Shown here piece by piece: positions 52,597 through 59,119 of a stretch of DNA of 59,119 nucleotides. This DNA comes from Octopus bimaculoides. Taxonomy: Eukaryota. The notes under the pieces were generated by a model, which was not told the origin of the DNA, did not search any database, and saw only the letters and a program-made list of their open reading frames with translations. Location of the stretch: positions 39,940,960-40,000,078 of the forward strand of contig NC_068993.1 in NCBI RefSeq assembly GCF_001194135.2, read 5' to 3'. Position 1 is the first letter of the stretch, and each line of letters opens with the position of its first letter. Both the position numbers and the translations under genes were made by a program.

Positions 52597-52808
52597 GAGG
52601 CAGCGAGCTGGCAGAATCGTTAGCACGCCGGGCGAAATGCTTGCCGGTATTTCGTCTGTCGCTAAGTTCTAAGTTCAAATCCCCCCGAGGTCAACTTTAC
52701 CTTTCATCCCTTCGGGGTCGATAAATTAAGTACCAGCCGAGTACGGGTCGATGTAATCGACTATGCCCCTCCCCACAAATTCGAGGTTTTGTACTTATAG
52801 TAGAAAGA

Positions 52809-52872
<64 letters not shown>
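52597..52872 (+). mobile_element. SINE family A, tail type 2, with (ATT)n tail
   Basis: Full head and centre, then gttttgtacttatagtagaaag(att)n. Confidence 0.9.
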
Positions 52873-52875
<3 letters not shown>

Positions 52876-53461
52876 GTTTGACTTTTGTTTTGTATTTGTA
52901 CAAGTTGGCTCCAAGTCTCACCCAGAGACCTCAAGGGACAACAAGTTAGAAGTTCATGTTAGTGTTATGCCTAGGGTGCCATATATTTGTACATAGTATT
53001 GTTCTAGAGAATGTTTAAGAAACCATAAGAAAATTATGAGTTTGTTTTAAAATTTGAGATTACATAGATACTATTTTACGTAGGATATGGGCAGTTCCCA
53101 TGAACAGTATCCTTTGAATTGCTGCCATTTTGGGGTTTCCTGGTATCTGAGCTAGGTAGCAATCAGCCCCTTTTGCTATCATTCCTAGGGCACCTTTGAC
53201 AACAGGTATTGTTTTAGTGTTCAGGTTCCACATTTTGCTAATTACTACTTCAAGATCTTTATACTTGCTCAGGTTTTGGTAGGTCTTGACAGAAACGTTT
53301 ATATCGATTGGGACAGTCATATCAATGAGGAGGCATGATTTTTGTCTGAAGTCTTTCAATATGATGTCTGGCCTATTTGCATCTAACTTTCTGTCAGTTT
53401 GGTGAAGTTCCAGAGGAGTGAGATGTGATTATTTTCAAGCACTGGGAGTGGTTTTTGTTCC

Positions 53462-53462
<1 letters not shown>
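52873..53462 (-). mobile_element. 5'-truncated R4/Dong-type non-LTR retrotransposon (restriction-like endonuclease C-terminus and 3' UTR)
   Basis: With one frameshift it reads WEQKPLPVLENNHISLLWNFT/QTDRKLDANRPDIILKD...LLIDMTVP...SKYKDLEVVISKMW...IPVVKGALG...IQR..MGTAHILRK*. This is the RPD..D..KY RLE signature. It is bounded by (TAA)n on both sides of its own strand. Confidence 0.88.
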
Positions 53463-53507
<45 letters not shown>

Positions 53508-54160
53508 GGTGAGCAGGCAGGTCCGTCAGATTGTCGAACAAAAAAATGCTTGGCAGCGTTTCAAGCGACTCATTTACCTTCTGAGTTCCGATTCCATAGC
53601 TTCAACTTTATCTTTCATCTTTCCACTGTAATAAAATGCTATACCAGTCAAGTACTGGGATCGACGTAATCGATTTGCTCCTCCTCATAAAACTTCTGGA
53701 TTTGTTCAAAGAATTGAATCCATTATTTTGGGCGAGCTAGAAGGCAGCGAGCTGGCAAAATAGTTAGCACACCGGGCGAAATGCTTACGTTCTGAGTTCT
53801 AACTCCATCGATGTCGACTATGCATTTCGTCCTTCCGAGTCGATAAAATATGTAACAGTTGAACGCTGGTGTTCATGTGATCGACTTAGCTGCTACCTCA
53901 AACTTGCTGACCTGGTGCCAAAATTTGAAACCATTATTATAGACGAGCTAGCAGAATCGTTAGAGAGTCGGACAAAAAATGCCTAGCAGTATTTCCTCGG
54001 ACACACGACGTTTTGTGTTCAAATTCCCCAATTCAACTTTTTGTTTTATCCCTCCGAAGTCGATAAAACAATGTACCAGCTAAGTACTGGAGTTAATGCA
54101 ATCGATTTCACCCTCTCCTCAAAATTGTAAGCCTTGCTCCAAAATTAGAAAAATATTGAT
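53508..54160 (+). mobile_element. Three decayed SINE A copies head-to-tail
   Basis: Heads at about 53508, 53741 and 53941, each followed by ataaaa..taccag..actgg..atcga and a tail ending gaaaccatt or gaatcccatt. Confidence 0.7.
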
Positions 54161-54249
54161 TATTTTCTTAACTATTATTATTCTTATTGAACTCATTACA
54201 CTCTACATTTATTAGTAAGAATATTGTTTTATGTTTTGGTAACGAGTTT

Positions 54250-54511
54250 TCTCTAATTTCAATAATCTTTCTTAGGGTTCTTACAGAATACAAGATTGTA
54301 CTTATTTTGTAGGTTGACAATGTGACTTTCGTTTCCAGTGTGTTTCAGCCTCTAAGATAACAGTTTGGATATAGTGCCAAGCTCACCAATTGCAACAGGA
54401 ACAATTGTTACCTTAATCTTCCATAATCTCTTCGGCTAAGTCCTGATATTGTCTCAGTTTTCTCAGTTCCTTGATTATTCTCTCTATTACCATATTGTCA
54501 TAGTGTACCGC
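54250..54511 (-). mobile_element. Second RLE-type (R4/Dong-like) LINE fragment, decayed
   Basis: Broken frames read KELRKLRQYQDLAEEI / WKIKVTIVPVAIGELGTISK / TILYSVRTLRKII. This is the same domain end as 52873-53462 but a different sequence. Confidence 0.75.
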
Positions 54512-54532
54512 AAAGTCTATGATCATACATGC

Positions 54533-54670
54533 CGAGGTCTACTTTGCCTTGCAGCCTATCGGGATCGATAAAATGAATATCAGTAGAACACTGGGGTCGA
54601 TGTAATCGACTTATCCCCTGCCCCAAAATGGGTGCCTTTGAGGCAAATTTGAAACCATTATTATTATTAT

Positions 54671-54703
<33 letters not shown>

Positions 54704-54803
54704 CTTCTACTCTAGGCACAAGGTCCGAAACTTTTGGGGAGAGTGCCAGTCGATGTAATCGATCCCCCCCCACAATTTCAGGCCTTGTGCCTATAGTAGA
54801 AAG
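54533..54803. mobile_element. SINE A 3' fragment plus an inverted tail dimer
   Basis: Plus-strand fragment at 54533-54670, then (AGT)n, then tail type 2 in reverse (54704-54739) and forward (54765-54803) orientation. Confidence 0.75.
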
Positions 54804-54804
54804 G

Positions 54805-54863
<59 letters not shown>

Positions 54864-55558
54864 CATCATTATTATTTTTATTATTATCATCATTGGTAGT
54901 AGTAGTAGCAGCTGCAGGGGACGAAACTTCGTTCAACGTATCTGCGATAGTTGATATTCTTGTACTTTGTAATTCGTATAAAATGTTGACAAGCAATAGA
55001 AAATGAAATGAGTATCGAAGAACAATCTTCGATCTATTAGATCATTCTAAACATGTTTTACTCGTCATTGCGGTGTTATTGATTTTTGTATTTTATTCAG
55101 GATATTATGTTTTTCTTGGCGTTGGTGGTTGGGGTGAAGTGAAGAGGTGAAGTTGAAAATTGATTTAATCAACGTTAGTCTTTCTGACTCTCTTCCTAGT
55201 CAAGTACAAAACCTTACAAGCCAAAGAAGATGTCCTTACATAGTCGATAAAAATGCTAGAAATAGCAGAAAAATTTTCCCCTCCCTCCCTCTCTTCTCTC
55301 TCTTTCTCAAATCACACTGTATCGTCTTAAATTTCAAAGTCCTCATTTGATAACTTCGTTTCAAATATCTCTAAATCAACTAGATGATCACGGCTAGAGC
55401 GCATTTAATCGTAGATCTCGTCGATCAAGATTAATCTCAAAATAAACAACAGCAACTTACTGAAAACAAAATGCTAAGTCAGGTAAAACGCAATTTAAAC
55501 TCAGAAAATAAAGAGGCACAATTACACATTGGAGAGAATGTAGTATGACTCTCCACAG

Positions 55559-55810
55559 CAGTGGTTCTCAACCGGGATCCATATGGCCTTTGGTGGGTCC
55601 ATATAAGATTTTGTCGTTAAAATCTATGTGCACTAAACTGGTTATATTTCAACAATACACAACATATTTTAATTTTCAATACAGCTCTTAATAATATCTA
55701 ATTATAAAAACGGGTTTTTTTTAAACATCGCATGACTAGGTGGGCCTATCCGAATAAAATAGGAATCAAAGGGCGCCATTGGTAAGAGATGGTTTTTTGA
55801 AACTTTAGAG
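55559..55810. mobile_element. hAT/Charlie-like MITE remnant
   Basis: Begins CAGTGGTTCTCAACC, a typical hAT-Charlie terminus. The 3' terminus is decayed (atggtttttgaaac). Confidence 0.55.
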
Positions 55811-55935
55811 TCTACAGCTTTTGAAAACTCTATACTCTAATTTTCGTGTTAATGAACCCAGCTTAGAATCAAGGAACAAAGTTTATTGGTTGAGACACTC
55901 TAAAAGCACATGTTCCCAATACTCTTTCAGAAAAT

Positions 55936-56168
55936 GGCGGCGAGCTGGCAGAATCGTTACCACGCCGGGTGAAATATTTTGCGGTATTTCGTCTGCCGTT
56001 ACGTTCTGAGTTCAAATGCCGCCGAAGTCGAATTTGCCTTTCATCCTTTCGGGGTCGATTAAATACGTACCAGTTGCGCTTGGGGTCGATGTAATCGACT
56101 TAATCCCTTTGTCTGTCCTTGTTTGTCCCCTTTATATTTAGCCTCCTGTGGGCAATAAAGAAATAAAT
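55936..56168 (+). mobile_element. SINE family A, full length, tail type 1 (a further decayed copy at about 56213-56315)
   Basis: Colinear with 41881-42111. Confidence 0.9.
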
Positions 56169-56828
56169 ACTATTTCAGAAAGGCATGAACTACTTAAAAT
56201 TATCATTAAAGAGGGCGAGCTGACAGAATTGTTAGAGCAGCAGTCTTATGTTCCGAGTTCAAGTTCCATCAGGGTCAACTTTGCTTTTCATTCTTTCGAG
56301 GTCGATAGAGTCGACTTCTTTCTTCCCTTAGAGACATTTTGCCCTGTACCCTTATTCTTGTCGAGCCTTTCTAGCTTTCATGACAAATTTTTCAACAAAT
56401 ATTGAGATACATTTATCAGCATATCTCGATATAGATCCCAAGAGTAGTTTCATAAGTTTATACCATAAGACTACTTATGACTCGAATTCATTGATTTATG
56501 CTTAAAAAGTTGAAGTTAATTAATATGCTTGAAAGAAAGCCTATACAATAAAGAATCATACATAGATGCTCAAGAATTTTTAAGGCAGGAGGAGTGGGAT
56601 GTTTTGGCGCGTTTGTTATGGAAATATAAGCGAAAAGAAATGAGTGCATGAAGGAATAGAAATTATAGCAAAGATAAAAACTACATCAGAAAATTGAACC
56701 GGTCTTAAGGAATGGGATGTGTATTTAGCTTGTCGGAAAAATGAAATAATACAACCACTGCAACAATAATGGTTTCTTTCACCGACTGGGACAAACAGAC
56801 AGACTTATGAGAGAGAGAGAGAGAGTGA

Positions 56829-56879
<51 letters not shown>

Positions 56880-57020
56880 TGTGTGTGTATGTGTGTGTTA
56901 GGGTAGGGTTGCATAGCGAATTGAATATTACTGTTATTTATTTCATCTGCTGTTATGCAGACAATCATGATGCCTGGATTCTTTTATCAACCCTGGATAT
57001 TCTTGTCTCAAATCCTAGGA

Positions 57021-57317
57021 CTCATAGGGCCCGTTATCCGGTTACTATAGCGTATACGTGACTAAGATCATAATTCTCCTTACTGAACGGGACGCCAGTT
57101 CATCACAGGGTAACTCGTTTACAGCTGAGTGAACTGGAGTCACGTGAAATGAACTGTTTTCATCAAGAACACAGCAATTACTATCACAACATACCACTCT
57201 TACCGACAATCGAAACTACGAAACCACGATCTTGCTATTGTGAATGCAACAACTTACCCACAGAGACACATGTGATCGTGAGTTCAACTCCACTACGCCA
57301 CTACGCCACGTGCCTTC
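57021..57317 (-). mobile_element. SINE family D, decayed
   Basis: The reverse strand has a tRNA-like head aaggcacgtggcgtagtgg and a CORE/V-like ttcttgatgaaaacagttcatttcacgtgactccag. Confidence 0.55.
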
Positions 57318-58470
57318 ACCGGAACTCTTTCAGTGGATGGTTTATTAAAATTACATTGTCTAAACTCACTATAAAAAGTAAAAAAGATCTCTAGGCAGTT
57401 AAAAGTAACAAACTTCTGTCTAGTTTTCGGTTCTCTAAAGGTTAGTTAGATATCGCTCCTCAACAGTCATTGCTAAAAAGTATATATTTTGTTGAGAAAA
57501 ACGTGAACAAAATGAAATGAAATATTCAAATTAGCATATGATTGACGACTAACATTTGTTTACGAAGCTACCATTAGAATGTGTTTTCTTCTCATGTCGA
57601 ATTCATGCTTAAACCTCAACTTTAAATGCATGGATGTGGTAGCTACCTAAATGAAAAATGGCTATGGGCAACGTATTGATGAAGTTGATACATATATACT
57701 GGAACAAAAGGATGGACAAGAAAACAATAGACATCGGGTCAGATTATGATTTATTTCTAGCTACAAAAAGGAGTATAAATCACAGGAGACGAGTAACATT
57801 TCCACTATGGGATGTTCATATTAGTTGCGATGTGCGCAGGTACACGCCTTAAACAGGTGAACGGTAACACCAAAATGTTGATGCGACAGACTTTGGTAGG
57901 TAGAGCAAACGTGAAACCTTGTAAATGTAAAAGAATAGGTAAAGAGGCATTGATTGAAATTTAGACTTGTTTCGGGAAGAGATGGATATTTCGTACAGTT
58001 CTCTGATCCGACAGCTGTTGCTTGTCTGTCCATCCCTTTCTTCTATAATACACACATACAATATATATATATNNNNNNNNNNNNNNNNNNNNNNNNNNNN
58101 NNNNNNNNNNNNNNNNNNNNNNNNNNNNNNNNNNNNNNNNNNNNNNNNNNNNNNNNNNNNNNNNNNNNNNNNNNNNNNNNNNNNNNNNNNNNNNNNNNNN
58201 NNNNNNNNNNNNNNNNNNNNNNNNNNNNNNNNNNNNNNNNNNNNNNNNNNNNNNNNNNNNNNNNNNNNNNNNNNNNNNNNNNNNNNNNNNNNNNNNNNNN
58301 NNNNNNNNNNNNNNNNNNNNNNNNNNNNNNNNNNNNNNNNNNNNNNNNNNNNNNNNNNNNNNNNNNNNNNNNNNNNNNNNNNNNNNNNNNNNNNNNNNNN
58401 NNNNNNNNNNNNNNNNNNNNNNNNNNNNNNNNNNNNNNNNNNNNNNNNNNNNNNNNNNNNNNNNNNNNNN

Positions 58471-58512
<42 letters not shown>

Positions 58513-59119
58513 TATGTATGTTGAGAAGGGGAAAAGGGTAGAGACAACATACTAATTACAAACAACAGTAGCAGGGAGATTGCAACCGCAATTAGTTAAA
58601 ACTTCAGGTCTTTAAAAACGAAGATTCTGCATCACTTGCGTAAGCAAATACAACCGATTTAACGAGTTATTTCTACTCAAGTTGCTATTAATGAATACAG
58701 TGTCAGAATGTTACGTAAGTTGGTAAAAATATTGTCATCATTCTTGCTAATGGAAAAGCAAAACAAACGACAAAATATTAACCTTCCTATTCGAAAGAAA
58801 ACCAATATGTATGGTGACAGGGATGAAGAGAAAACAAATAAAAGATATTTATGTTTATTTCCCAGAATACAATTTTTATATGTTTGTCAATAAACGTATA
58901 TCATAATGATAATAAAATTTACCAAAAGTTTTCATTGATGCTAATAGTTTAAAATATTAATGTATTACTTTAAGGTCAAATATAATTCGTCGTGTAGTGG
59001 TGCTGTTTCTTTTTACATTATTTAACTTAGCGGCAGAATGTATGTATGTATGTATGCACACAAACATACATGCTTGCATATATACGTATGACACTGACAT
59101 ACACACATGCACTATATAT

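Overview
Eukaryotic, AT-rich, microsatellite-saturated genomic DNA from a short-read assembly, with 20 N-gaps (about 6.7 kb) that are almost all bordered by dinucleotide microsatellites. The repeat families look like those of Octopus or another coleoid cephalopod; this is recognition from memory, not a database result. No intact protein-coding gene can be supported. The long ORFs in the supplied track are artefacts of N runs and simple repeats, and only weak isolated exon candidates remain. The window contains at least four tRNA-derived SINE families (called A-D here; about 20 copies, some nested, tandem or rearranged). It also has a decayed RTE-type LINE 3' end, two restriction-like-endonuclease (R4/Dong-type) LINE fragments, MITE-like remnants, two diverged fold-back elements and a tRNA-Ala(TGC)-like pseudogene. 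The strongest unexpected signal is a complete type I hammerhead ribozyme fold at 21224-21311 (+). It has an intact CUGAUGA/GAAA core, a perfect 5-bp helix I, a long helix II and a palindromic minimal helix III, with a GUA cleavage site. Two decayed hammerhead-like motifs of Penelope-element style lie at 453-486 and 830-857.
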